A stretch of 38,676 nucleotides of DNA from Pirellulales bacterium (GTDB lineage Bacteria; Planctomycetota; Planctomycetia; Pirellulales; JAICIG01). A program made the translations under genes and the position numbers. Below the pieces are notes generated by a model. That model saw only the letters and a program-made list of their open reading frames with translations, searched no databases and was not told where the DNA came from. Of this stretch, positions 22,948 to 32,092 are shown piece by piece. The DNA is taken from NCBI GenBank assembly GCA_036379555.1, contig DASVGM010000002.1, positions 1 through 38,676 on the forward strand, in the 5' to 3' direction. Within the stretch, counting starts at the first letter, position 1, and every line of letters begins with the position of its first letter.

Positions 22948-25803
22948 TCAGTCAGTCTCGCGGGCGGCATAGCGGCGCACCAGGCCGTCGATCGTGAGCA
23001 GGGCGAATTCTCCGGGACGCTCGCCGCGGATCAGCCCGGTCAGCGGGCGGCCCGGCCCGGCCAGCAGCCCGCGCAGGACAACGCTGCGATTGCTGGTCGA
23101 ATAGACGTGCAACTCGCGCTCGTTGGCCGCCACGAGTAGGCCGTCGAGCGTAAAGATCAACTCCGGCCGCTCCATGTCGGCGACGATGTTGACGACTTCG
23201 TGACCGTTCAAATCGTCCCAGATCACCGCGGCGCCGTGGTCTTCAAAGCCGGCGGCCAGCCTAAGCTGCAACACCAACGGCGCCGCCGCCAACTGCCGCA
23301 CCCAGCCCTTGAGACCGGTTTCTTGAATTCGATCGTTTTTCAGCTTAATCAGAGAATGGCCGAGGCCGAGAAACAGTTCATCGCGGCGAGCCAGCATCAC
23401 CGCCAGCCGTTCAGGCGGTTCTTCGCGCGGCTCGAGGCGCACACCCAACTCGCTTAGCGAGAGCTGCCGCGAGCTGAGTTGCAGGGCCTCGCCCTGAAAC
23501 GCCGTCAACAGCAACTGACTGTCAATCGTCCAAGTAACGCCGAGGCTGCTGACGGCAACCGCCAAGGTTTCAGGCGTGAACCAGGCGGGCGTTCCTATTC
23601 CGATCTGCTGTTTGAAAGGCGATCCGCCGATGGAAGCCATCACCGTGACGTGCCCCCGCTCGTCGGCCGCCAAGAGAAGCGGCTGCCGTTCCGCCAACGG
23701 ACGCTTCCAATCGGCCCGCTGTAATTCGCCTTGAAAGTCAGCCTCGACGACCGCCACGCCTTGCGCGGTGAACCCCGCCGCGAGGAAGCCATCGGGTAAC
23801 GATACGAGCGTCCGATACGAAACATCGACCGGCAACCGAAAGCTGCCGGTTTCAACGATGGCGACTTGCCGCGGCGATGACCGGACGGGCGCCTTCGCGG
23901 GAACGGACGGTTTACGCAGACGCGCGAGCCACCGCGCGGCGTCACGCCCCAACAGTTCGTCTTGCGGCACAAGCGCACGGACGGCGCCCACCAGGGCTGC
24001 CGCTTCATCCTGATCGGCTTGCGGCAGACGACCGCCGGCCAGCACGCGCACGGCCTCCGCCGCCTCGTGCCGGGCCGTAACCTCGGGATAGCTCCGCGCC
24101 ACATCGACCAAAACGCCGACCGAGCGGCCCAACTGCACGCGCAAGCCCGGTTCGGCGCGTAGTCGAGCGATCAGGGCCGCCGCCTGTTCGTGTCGCCCGT
24201 GACGGCCAAACAGCTTGAACAGTTCGCCCAGGCAGATGGCGGCTTTCCGCGTATCGGGCCAGGCTGCCGCCAGCAGTTTGATGGCTTCGTCAACGGCGGC
24301 CAGTTTTTCTTCCAGCAGCTTCGCCGCGCGCGGCCGGTCGCCCTGCGCCACAAAGCGGTCGGCGGCGCGGCGATACATGACGGCGGCCTCGTCGGGGCGA
24401 TCGAGCCGCGTGAGTAGTTCAGCCGCTTTTTCAAACTGCTGTTGGTCACGGTAGATATCCAACGCCTCCTGCCAACTGCCACAGCGTTCGAGACAGCGAG
24501 CGGCATCGAGCGGGCGACCGAGCCGCTCGCGATAGAGCGCCGCCGCCTCGCGGTCGTGCCCGCCTTGTTCCAGAGCGCTGGCCGCGGCCGACAAGTCGCC
24601 CAGCAACTCGGCGAAGATATAGGCCGCCCGGCGATGGCGGCCGAGCCGCATTTCGCGATTGGCCAACTCGCGATAACGGCGCTCAAGCGCCTGGCGTTGC
24701 TGCTGTTCGATCTCCCACGGATCGGCCGCCCTACCGCCGCCCAGGCGATCGAGCCGAAAGCTGGTGTCGCGCGCCGGCAACCGAGTTCCGGGCGGCCCTA
24801 CTCCACGATGGCCGCCAATCGCATTCATCGGCAGCGCATACCGCAGGCCGCCGTCCGGGTCGCTATCGAGCAGGTGCAACAAACGATCGATCTCCTTGTG
24901 GCGCGCGGCGGCCAGCGACTTGCCGACCTGCTGAAACTTGCGATTCGCCCAGCCCGCCAGCTTGATCGCCCAGGCGGGCATTTTGGCGATGCGCGCGAGC
25001 AACGGGTCCGATGCCGACGCCACCCCCGCGGCGACGAGCGACGGCAGCAGGCGCGCGAAGAGCAGCGCCAACGCCAGCCACAGCACAACCTCCAGCAGTG
25101 TGACTGGCGCGGCGGGCCAATTCGACGCCAAGTAAGCGATTGCCAGAATCAACATGACGCAAGCGACCGCCAAGATCGCTTTCCGCGGCAATCGGGCCAG
25201 CCGCGAAAAGAGCGGTTCTTGCGAACCGGGCGGCAACTCTTCGACAGGCCGCGAGCCAATATCGTCACGCCAATCGGCCAGCGATTCTTCAAAACCGGGC
25301 GGCGCCGCCGTCAGAATCGCCGTGAGGCGAGGCGGCGGCGCCAGACCCGGCCGCGCCAAATCCCAAGCGCGCGAGCGTTCGCTTGGCGGCGCAAGCAGAT
25401 CGGCCACACCGATCACGTCGGCCTTGTCAAACCCGACCAGCCCCGCGCCGGGATGCCAGACCGCAAGCTCATTGAGCACGGCGGCCTCAATTTCGGCTTC
25501 GCTCGCCGGCGGATCGAGCCGCGACAGGATCGGTAAATAGAAACGCGACGCGCAAAGGCCGTAGGCTTCCGCCCTGATCGTCACTCGCGGCGCGCTGCCG
25601 GGCGGCGGAATCACAAGCACGCCACACGCGCGGCCGCCCGCCGCTGATTGCGGCAGCGGACAGAGCCGCACATCGTCGAGCGGAATCTGCCAGGCGGCCA
25701 GTTCTTCGAGCCAGACGCGCGGATCGTCGCCCGGAATAAACCAGGCGTCGGGCGGCCGCTGTGGCCGCTCGGCGGCGCGGAGGTGAAGAACGGTTGCGGG
25801 CAT
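22948..25803 (-). CDS. Large hypothetical protein (951 aa): N-terminal globular domain, two predicted TM helices, helical-repeat (TPR-like) middle, beta-rich C-terminal domain
   Basis: ATG 25801-25803. Hydrophobic stretches AILAVACVMLILAIAYL and LLEVVLWLALALLFARLLPSLVAAGV. Repeated A/L/R-rich helical pairs span aa ~390-600. The last ~300 aa are rich in short hydrophobic strands (LHVYSTS, LLTIDGLVRRY). No family recognised. Confidence 0.8.
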   Translation of the reverse strand: MPATVLHLRAAERPQRPPDAWFIPGDDPRVWLEELAAWQIPLDDVRLCPLPQSAAGGRACGVLVIPPPGSAPRVTIRAEAYGLCASRFYLPILSRLDPPASEAEIEAAVLNELAVWHPGAGLVGFDKADVIGVADLLAPPSERSRAWDLARPGLAPPPRLTAILTAAPPGFEESLADWRDDIGSRPVEELPPGSQEPLFSRLARLPRKAILAVACVMLILAIAYLASNWPAAPVTLLEVVLWLALALLFARLLPSLVAAGVASASDPLLARIAKMPAWAIKLAGWANRKFQQVGKSLAAARHKEIDRLLHLLDSDPDGGLRYALPMNAIGGHRGVGPPGTRLPARDTSFRLDRLGGGRAADPWEIEQQQRQALERRYRELANREMRLGRHRRAAYIFAELLGDLSAAASALEQGGHDREAAALYRERLGRPLDAARCLERCGSWQEALDIYRDQQQFEKAAELLTRLDRPDEAAVMYRRAADRFVAQGDRPRAAKLLEEKLAAVDEAIKLLAAAWPDTRKAAICLGELFKLFGRHGRHEQAAALIARLRAEPGLRVQLGRSVGVLVDVARSYPEVTARHEAAEAVRVLAGGRLPQADQDEAAALVGAVRALVPQDELLGRDAARWLARLRKPSVPAKAPVRSSPRQVAIVETGSFRLPVDVSYRTLVSLPDGFLAAGFTAQGVAVVEADFQGELQRADWKRPLAERQPLLLAADERGHVTVMASIGGSPFKQQIGIGTPAWFTPETLAVAVSSLGVTWTIDSQLLLTAFQGEALQLSSRQLSLSELGVRLEPREEPPERLAVMLARRDELFLGLGHSLIKLKNDRIQETGLKGWVRQLAAAPLVLQLRLAAGFEDHGAAVIWDDLNGHEVVNIVADMERPELIFTLDGLLVAANERELHVYSTSNRSVVLRGLLAGPGRPLTGLIRGERPGEFALLTIDGLVRRYAARETD

Positions 25804-25870
25804 GCTTAACTATCCACAATTCCTGACGACTTTGGCGCGACAGCCCCGCTTGCGGATTCAATCAGGCGCA

Positions 25871-27091
25871 CTACGACACCGTCACCTCAACTTGTTGCAC
25901 GCCGTTCCAGCCATAGCCGGCGGGATTCCAACCGATGGCGCCGTCGATGGGTTGCGTGCGGCCGAGCGCGTCGACGGCCCGAGCCAGCAGACGCTGTTTG
26001 CCGGCTTTGAGCGTCACGGTCGTCGACCAGGGCTGCCAGGCATAGGGGCCACCCGACCGCTGCAGGTCGGCTTGCCGCCAGGTGCGACCGTCGTCGAGAG
26101 AAACCTCGACGGCGGTGATTCTCACTTCGCCGTCGTTCCACGCCACGCCGCGCACTTCGACCTTGCCCGCTTTGAGCGTCTCACCGTTGAGCGGCGCGAA
26201 GATGGTGCTTTTGATGCGCATGCGCCAGTTGGCGTCGCCGGTGTCAAAATCGTAGGTGAAATCGCTGCCCGGCTTGATCGGCGTGCGAGGAGTTCGATAA
26301 CGCCGGCGCTGGTGGTGGTTGAAGGTTTCCCGCGTTTCCAATCGCAATCGCGTGAGCCATTTGACTTGCATGGTGCCGTAATAGCCTGGCGTAATCAGCC
26401 GCACCGGCCCGCCATGCACGGCGGGTATTGGTTCGCCGTTCATCTCCAAGGCGACGATCGAACGAGCCAAGACGTCGTCGAGCGGCAGACTATGCTCAAA
26501 GTCGGGGGTGGTCGCGTCGGGCGGGCCGTCTTTGCCTTCGGCCGTCAGGTAGTGGGCGTCGGGGGAAATGTTCAGGTCGAGCTTGTCGAACAGCGCCGCC
26601 AGCTTCACGCCGCGAAAGCGGACGTTGCCCACCGCGCCATCGGTCCACGGCGCGCCTTTGGCGGGCACCGAACGGCGGAAATTCGCTCGGCCGTTGCCCG
26701 AACACTGCAACACCATCTCCACTTCGGTTTGCTCCATGTCATGCAAGCTAGCCAGATCGACGGTGCGTGGGTATTCGACCATGCCAATCACGTCGAACCG
26801 CCAGTTGTCGGCGCTGAGCGGCTTGATGGTTCGCGTGTGGGCGAGGTCTTGGTTGTTGCGGATGAAGAGGACTTTCGCCGGGGTGATTTCAGATTCACGC
26901 AGCAGCTCGAGCGGCGTTTCCAGCTCGAGCGTTTTCGCGTTGTGTACGATCAAACGCGAGTCTTTCCCGGCCACCAACATCGAAGCGTCTTGTTCGGCGG
27001 CCCAACCGGCCGGCCGCGTGCCAACCAGCGCCAGCGCGCCGCCCGCGGCGGAAGCGCGCAAAAAACGTCGGCGATTGAATTGGAAAAACAT
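25871..27091 (-). CDS. Tat-exported sulfite-oxidase-family molybdopterin oxidoreductase
   Basis: MFFQFNRRRFLRASAAGGALALVG (twin-arginine signal). LQCSGNGR (Mo-ligand Cys motif). C-terminal Ig-like dimerisation-domain pattern (VEVSLDDGRTWRQA). Alternative start at 27112. Confidence 0.88.
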   Translation of the reverse strand: MFFQFNRRRFLRASAAGGALALVGTRPAGWAAEQDASMLVAGKDSRLIVHNAKTLELETPLELLRESEITPAKVLFIRNNQDLAHTRTIKPLSADNWRFDVIGMVEYPRTVDLASLHDMEQTEVEMVLQCSGNGRANFRRSVPAKGAPWTDGAVGNVRFRGVKLAALFDKLDLNISPDAHYLTAEGKDGPPDATTPDFEHSLPLDDVLARSIVALEMNGEPIPAVHGGPVRLITPGYYGTMQVKWLTRLRLETRETFNHHQRRRYRTPRTPIKPGSDFTYDFDTGDANWRMRIKSTIFAPLNGETLKAGKVEVRGVAWNDGEVRITAVEVSLDDGRTWRQADLQRSGGPYAWQPWSTTVTLKAGKQRLLARAVDALGRTQPIDGAIGWNPAGYGWNGVQQVEVTVS

Positions 27092-27173
27092 GGGGTCCAC
27101 CTTTCGTTCCAAGTTGTGACGTCAAAGGCCAGCATTTGATTATACCATTCACAGCCCGAAATGAGGTTTCCTT

Positions 27174-27340
27174 CTTGGAGTGCGGCGATTCATCGCCGCT
27201 TTCCCCCGTCGCGGAGCGACCTTTGCTTTTCAACCAAGACGGACAGCGGCGGCGGCGGTTGCCAGGCCGACGCTACGCGCGAGGCGGCAAAAGGCGGCTC
27301 CCACGCAAAGGAAAGTGGTGATGAATCACCGCACTCCAAG
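27174..27340. repeat. Inverted doublet of R2 elements (cttggagtgcggcgattcatcgccgctttcc...gtcgcggagcgacc)
   Basis: Plus-orientation copy 27174-27221. Inverted, more diverged copy ending at 27340 (gaaagtggtgatgaatcaccgcactccaag). Each has a 7-bp hairpin gcggcga ttca tcgccgc. Confidence 0.8.
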
Positions 27341-27390
27341 AGGCGGCCAAAAATCGAGTCAGCGGCATTTCTGGCCGCGATTCAGACGAC

Positions 27391-28125
27391 TTACGCGTCA
27401 AGCACATCGCGCCAAAACTTCGGCATTTTTTCCCAAGCGGAGCGATAGGTCGTCTCGAGCGGGGCCGGCACATACAACTCGGGCGACAGGAAGAGCGGCA
27501 TATCGGGCAAATCGCGGCCTATGGCAACCGGCTCGACGAATGCCTCGCAAGAGTCGCCCGCGATGTATGCCGCCAACGTGAGGCGGCTTTCCTGAGGCAA
27601 CGCGAATTCATTGTCGATCAGTTCATCCCAGATCACCTTGTGGATTCCCTCAGGATCGCGCGGGCCTGGCGGGAACAGATCGACGATGAGCAGATGCACG
27701 CCGGCGCGGAGCATCTCGACCGCTTTGTCAAGAAACGCTCGGAGGGAATGGCGGCTGCTTTTATTGCCCGGCGAGACGACCTCCACAACCGCGACAACCC
27801 GGTGGCCGCTGACATGCCGAACCACAACGGCGTTGGCCTTGGTCGCATACCAATCGCCTTCGGCCTTTTGACGAAACCGTACCTGGGGCGGCGCATCGGC
27901 GAGCGCCACGCCTCTCGTCGGCTCAGGCGTGTAAACCGCCTCGGCTGCCGGACCTTGAAGCGTGAGAACGTCGGGGCCGCGTCCACCGGCGAACTGTTCC
28001 GCCAGGGCGTAATAATTGGCGGGCAATTCCCCTTGGTTCAATCCGCCGGCCAGTTCCGCGATCCAGCTTTGGTGAAAATGGTGGAAAATCCCGGCATCAA
28101 CCTTTGTCCAATCATGTATTGGCAT
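27391..28125 (-). CDS. DUF4058-family protein
   Basis: MPIHDWTKVDAGIFHHFHQSWI is the N-terminus typical of DUF4058 as I recall it. VVAVVEVVSPGNK resembles an E-x-K nuclease-fold motif. ATG 28123-28125; the track ORF extends to 28212. Confidence 0.75.
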   Translation of the reverse strand: MPIHDWTKVDAGIFHHFHQSWIAELAGGLNQGELPANYYALAEQFAGGRGPDVLTLQGPAAEAVYTPEPTRGVALADAPPQVRFRQKAEGDWYATKANAVVVRHVSGHRVVAVVEVVSPGNKSSRHSLRAFLDKAVEMLRAGVHLLIVDLFPPGPRDPEGIHKVIWDELIDNEFALPQESRLTLAAYIAGDSCEAFVEPVAIGRDLPDMPLFLSPELYVPAPLETTYRSAWEKMPKFWRDVLDA

Positions 28126-28218
28126 TGCAAGGTCCGTCAGCCCGAAATCACTGTGAATCTTTTCTACCGCCACAAACGCCCCGACCACAAAGCGCTGGTG
28201 TTCCCTCGTCAACGTCTG

Positions 28219-28659
28219 CTATTCAGCCCCACCCATCAGCCTGTCAACACTTTCCAACAGCCGGTCCATGGGAAACGGCTTGCGCAAATAATCCTTCACG
28301 CCGAGCATTTCGGCGTAGGCCTTATGCCGGCTGCCTTCATTGGCGGTGATCATGATTGTCGGCAAGCCGGGCTTGCTGCGCAGCAGCTTTTCGAGCACCA
28401 AGAAACCGCTGCGTTTGGGCATCATCATGTCCAAAATCAAGAGGTCGGGGTTTTCACGCTCGGCCATCGCCAGCCCCTGATTGCCGTCGCGGGCGATTAA
28501 AACCTGATAGCCCCGCGATTCGAGCGTCAATTGTATGGATTCGACGATCTCGTGGTCGTCATCGACCAACAAGATGCGTTTGCCAGCGGCGGCGGTTTTT
28601 TTTTCGGCACCTTCGGGTTCGGCCTCGGCCTTGGCCCGTTTGCTTGTTCTTTCTGCCAT
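28219..28659 (-). CDS. Stand-alone response-regulator receiver domain protein (CheY-like)
   Basis: KRILLVDDD, DLLILDMMMPKRSG, PTIMITA and DYLRKPF. Lys/Ala/Glu-rich N-terminal tail. Alternative start at 28674. Confidence 0.85.
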   Translation of the reverse strand: MAERTSKRAKAEAEPEGAEKKTAAAGKRILLVDDDHEIVESIQLTLESRGYQVLIARDGNQGLAMAERENPDLLILDMMMPKRSGFLVLEKLLRSKPGLPTIMITANEGSRHKAYAEMLGVKDYLRKPFPMDRLLESVDRLMGGAE

Positions 28660-28951
28660 GATGATTTCTCGCACTTACTCGCACGCCACCGGGCAAGGTG
28701 GCAAAACATCAGAATTAGCCGATTGGTGCCGCGTTTGCAAGCGGTGCGTCTGGACGGTGGCAAACTTTGCCGAAGGCGCTATTCGTGACGTTGAACAATT
28801 CAAATCCCTCTGGTGCGCGGTCCAGCCCAAGCCGGTCGCATCCCCCAGCCTAACAGAAACCGCCGCCTTGCCAGCACGCTCCGCATCGCTGCCGGCCGTC
28901 GTGTTGTTTGAGAGCGAGGAGCCTCTTATAGGCTATCCGACAATTCGCCGT

Positions 28952-29045
28952 GGGGCGGGCCGCCGGCCCGTCTGGTGGCAAAAGACGGCTCGGCGAGCCG
29001 CCCCACGATACGCCGCCACGGCGAAATCCGAGTTTCGGACAGCCT
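28952..29045. repeat. ~95-nt palindromic 3'-end element (family R6), copy 2
   Basis: ggggcgggccgccggcccgtct...agacggctcggcgagccgccccacgatacgccgccacggcgaaatccgagtttcggacagcct. It ends 1-2 nt before the stop codon of the minus-strand NUDIX gene, the same placement as copy 1 relative to the gene ending at 10367. Confidence 0.85.
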
Positions 29046-29046
29046 G

Positions 29047-29463
29047 TTACTTGGTGGCTGCGAGACGCTCGGCCAGGCGGTCGAGAAAGGGCGCCTGATC
29101 GGGATGAATGCGCTCTCTGGCCAAGGTCAGCATCACGAATTCGGCGCCATCGACCTCCCACGAGGCGCAGCGCGGCAGCGCGTCGTGCGGCGCTGGGCCG
29201 GCGAAGCAATGCACACGCTTGCCGCTTTTGCGATAATCGATCGATCCCAGCGATACGAGATCGCCCGCCGCCACGCCCGCCACGCCCGCCTCTTCCGCCA
29301 ATTCACGGCGCGCGGCCGCTTCCAACTCTTCGCCCTCGTCGGGCAAGCCCTTGGGAATGCTCCAAGGTTTGTGGCGATTGTAATTGCCCGAAGGATGCAC
29401 CAAAAGCACCTCCCATTCGTCCGCGCCACGTCGATATAACAATACGCCGGCTGATTCAACCAT
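29047..29463 (-). CDS. NUDIX hydrolase
   Basis: ATG 29461-29463 (MVESAGVLLY). NUDIX box GLPDEGEELEAAARRELAEEAGV. The track ORF N-terminal extension is Arg-rich and overlaps the upstream gene. Confidence 0.85.
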   Translation of the reverse strand: MVESAGVLLYRRGADEWEVLLVHPSGNYNRHKPWSIPKGLPDEGEELEAAARRELAEEAGVAGVAAGDLVSLGSIDYRKSGKRVHCFAGPAPHDALPRCASWEVDGAEFVMLTLARERIHPDQAPFLDRLAERLAATK

Positions 29464-30046
29464 GCTCTTTTTGATGCGCTGCTTGCCGCCGCCAAGCGAC
29501 GATCGCTGCGGCGTCGATCGCGCTGTCGCGTTGACGAAATTGATCGAGTTCGGCGCGACGTTCCGGCGGCGCGAGCCTGAACAACTCCCGCGCCGTAAGC
29601 GGCGCGTCGCCACGGTTTTGCCGCGCCGCCACCACCTCGGCCACGTAAACCGTTCGATCGCCGGTATCCAACCGCGACTCGACACGGCAATCCAACCAAC
29701 CGATAGCCTCGCTCAACAACGGCGCGCCGGTCACGGCCGTTTGATACGCCCACCCCGCCAACTTGTCGGCCGCGTGGCCGGACGAACCGCCAAAGTGCCA
29801 GACCCAATCGATTTGTTCCGCCGAGAACAAATGCAGTCCGAACGAACCGCTGTCTTCAATCAACTGCCATGTATGGTGCTGTTTGGCCAGCGCCGTCAAA
29901 ACGCGCGGCAGCGCGTCCACCAGCGAAGCGCGGCAGACAAACGTGGCCACGAGTCCGCCGCGGCGGCGGCCGTGCGCCGCCGTCACGATCCACAATTCTC
30001 GATCGGTGAGATTGAAAAGGTCCGTGGCGGCGGCGGTCGATTCCAT
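29456..30046 (-). CDS. Flavin reductase-like (FMN-binding split-barrel) protein
   Basis: LWIVTAAHGRRRGGLVATFV..., GSFGLHLF, GAPLLSEAIGWLDCRV and GDRTVYVAEVV. ATG at 30046 or GTG at 30058. It overlaps the NUDIX start by 8 nt. Confidence 0.8.
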   Translation of the reverse strand: MESTAAATDLFNLTDRELWIVTAAHGRRRGGLVATFVCRASLVDALPRVLTALAKQHHTWQLIEDSGSFGLHLFSAEQIDWVWHFGGSSGHAADKLAGWAYQTAVTGAPLLSEAIGWLDCRVESRLDTGDRTVYVAEVVAARQNRGDAPLTARELFRLAPPERRAELDQFRQRDSAIDAAAIVAWRRQAAHQKEHG

Positions 30047-30054
30047 CAGCCGGC

Positions 30055-31563
30055 TCACGTTGAAAGCGCCGCGCGCGTGCGGGCGACAAGCTGGTTGTCA
30101 GGCTCAGCGGAGCCGCGCAGGTTAAATACGCCCGAAGCCAGGTAGCGGTCACGCCAGCCGGGCGAAAGGTGGGCGTAGTCTTCCAACAAGGCCGAACTGA
30201 ACTTGTAATCGTGGGCGTTGCGGCCCTTGAAAAAGACCAGCAGCCGGGCGGCGTCAATATAGGCTTTGACATCGCCCTCGTTTTGCAAAAACGCCAGCGT
30301 TTTCCGCGCGGCGGTCGTGCGGTCGCTGCCGACCGCGGTGAAGATGTCGGCCAGGGCGTCGCCCTCGGCCAAGGGCGCCGGCTGCAACGTCCGCAGATCG
30401 ACGTCGGCCACTTTGCCGCGCCCCTGCATCGCGCCGCGAAAGAGCGGGACAAAGGCCGCGTTTTGCAGCAGCAGCAAGCGGCGCAGCGAGTCGTCTTGAT
30501 TGGCGCGATAGGCATAGTAAAGCGCGTTCGCCGAGGTGACGGCATGCAAGGCCACGATGCCCGGTTGCCGCGCGAGTAATTCGCCCGCGCCCACCAGCAC
30601 GGCATCCCAGATCGACTGCGGGGCCACGCCCCGATTCAGCATCTCCACCACTTGTTGGCAGGCGTCATCGGCCGAGGCGCCGTGAAACGTGGCGAGCAAT
30701 TCGCTCGTCGCTTGCCCGTCGACTTTGCCGTCTTGCCAGGCGTCGCGAATGGTCTGGGCGCGTTTCAGATTCTCTTTGCCGGGGCGATCGGCATCGAGAT
30801 CGTCACGGGCCGGATTGCCTTCGCCATGTTCGAGCAAAGCGTAGGCCAGCGACCGCAGCACCGGTTCGGCGTGTTGCCAACCGATGCAATCGAGCGTGCG
30901 CCAGCTATTGGCCACATAAATGGCCTTGTGGCCGATGTCGCGAAAGTCTCGGCAGCCAAAGCGCGAGAACAACTCGTAGACTTCGGCCGGCTTGCCGGTG
31001 CGTGCCAAACCGGCCGCGGCCGCGTCGGCCTTGGCTTCGTCCCATTCGTTCATCGCCTCGATGAACAGGTTCTTGGCTTTTGCGGCGTCGGGCACGGCGG
31101 CCTCGTCGACCGGCGCCATCGTCCAATCGCCTTGTTGCGCGTCTTGCGCCTGCGAATCCTTGAAGTAGTCGAGCGCCCAGAAAATCGGCAGCCAACGATG
31201 TTCTTCGGGCGAAGAAATGCTGGCCAAGTGCGCCGAGTTGACGACCAGCACCGCATGAAACTTAAAACCCACCGGCCGCGGCTGCACGTTGCGCACGCCG
31301 GCCAAGAGCAAGGCCGCCAACACTTCTTTGTAGGTCGTGCCGCCACGAATGCGGCCGGCGACTTCTTCCAGCAGCCGCTCGCGCGGCGTTTCCTCCAGCA
31401 GCCGCACCAGCGGCTCAATGTCGGGCTTGAGCTCGACAACGCCTTTCTTCGTCTCTTCCGCACTCACTCTCGGCAACGTGTTGAGAAACTTCAAATCGGC
31501 CATGCCGGCCAAAGTTCCGCCCGCCACCGCCGCCTCAATAAACCGCCTACGTGTCGTCGACAT
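30055..31563 (-). CDS. Tat-signal hypothetical protein (~502 aa, mostly helical)
   Basis: ATG 31561-31563 gives MSTTRRRFIEAAVAGGTLAG (twin-arginine motif). Balanced composition; the antisense ORF 30652..31578 is Arg/Gly-rich. Family not recognised. Confidence 0.75.
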   Translation of the reverse strand: MSTTRRRFIEAAVAGGTLAGMADLKFLNTLPRVSAEETKKGVVELKPDIEPLVRLLEETPRERLLEEVAGRIRGGTTYKEVLAALLLAGVRNVQPRPVGFKFHAVLVVNSAHLASISSPEEHRWLPIFWALDYFKDSQAQDAQQGDWTMAPVDEAAVPDAAKAKNLFIEAMNEWDEAKADAAAAGLARTGKPAEVYELFSRFGCRDFRDIGHKAIYVANSWRTLDCIGWQHAEPVLRSLAYALLEHGEGNPARDDLDADRPGKENLKRAQTIRDAWQDGKVDGQATSELLATFHGASADDACQQVVEMLNRGVAPQSIWDAVLVGAGELLARQPGIVALHAVTSANALYYAYRANQDDSLRRLLLLQNAAFVPLFRGAMQGRGKVADVDLRTLQPAPLAEGDALADIFTAVGSDRTTAARKTLAFLQNEGDVKAYIDAARLLVFFKGRNAHDYKFSSALLEDYAHLSPGWRDRYLASGVFNLRGSAEPDNQLVARTRAALST

Positions 31564-31720
31564 GATTGGTTCTCCTGAAATGAGGACTATCCAAGGACAA
31601 TATACCAGGTTCATCCAAGGATTGGCTAGCGTCCGCGTCGATGCCGCCGCCATGAGACGCACCACACGCGGTGCGGCGACAAATTGAGCGCGATCTGGCG
31701 CACGGAAAGGGCGCGCGATG

Positions 31721-31933
31721 TTAAGCCGGCTGTTGACTATCAACGCTCGTAATGAGCGGCAGCGAACAAAACGCCACCCGTTCCGTTTCTGGGTAGGCAA
31801 CCACCATGACGCTGCGCATTAAAATGACGTTTTCAGGATGCCGAATCTCGTGCGATTCGCCGCCGGCAAGGCGCACAACAAACGGCTGGAAGGGGCGACG
31901 GTTAATCCAGGCTTGAATGGCTTCGGCGTTCAT
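31721..31933 (-). CDS. Small hypothetical protein (70 aa)
   Basis: ATG 31931-31933, MNAEAIQAWINRRPFQPFVVRLAGGESHEIRHPENVILMRS... Plausible composition, no recognised family. Confidence 0.45.
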   Translation of the reverse strand: MNAEAIQAWINRRPFQPFVVRLAGGESHEIRHPENVILMRSVMVVAYPETERVAFCSLPLITSVDSQQPA

Positions 31934-32092
31934 CCCGTCCAATCTAGCACGGGTGACAACGAATGACAAACGCGAACTCCCCACCCGCCGGCAAGACGCG
32001 TTTGGCAATGAAACGCGGTGCGGGCCGAGCGACCGCCCGGCATCGCGTGAGGCGGCCCGCTACGCGGTCGCGCCGCGCTGGCCGTTGGCGTC

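Noticed and set aside
22948-25803. Assignment of the 951-aa protein to MoxR-vWA-beta-propeller ternary systems (bpX-type N-terminal domains).
   Set aside because: This rests only on a vague architectural resemblance from memory. No MoxR ATPase or vWA gene is adjacent and I cannot verify domain identity without profile searches.
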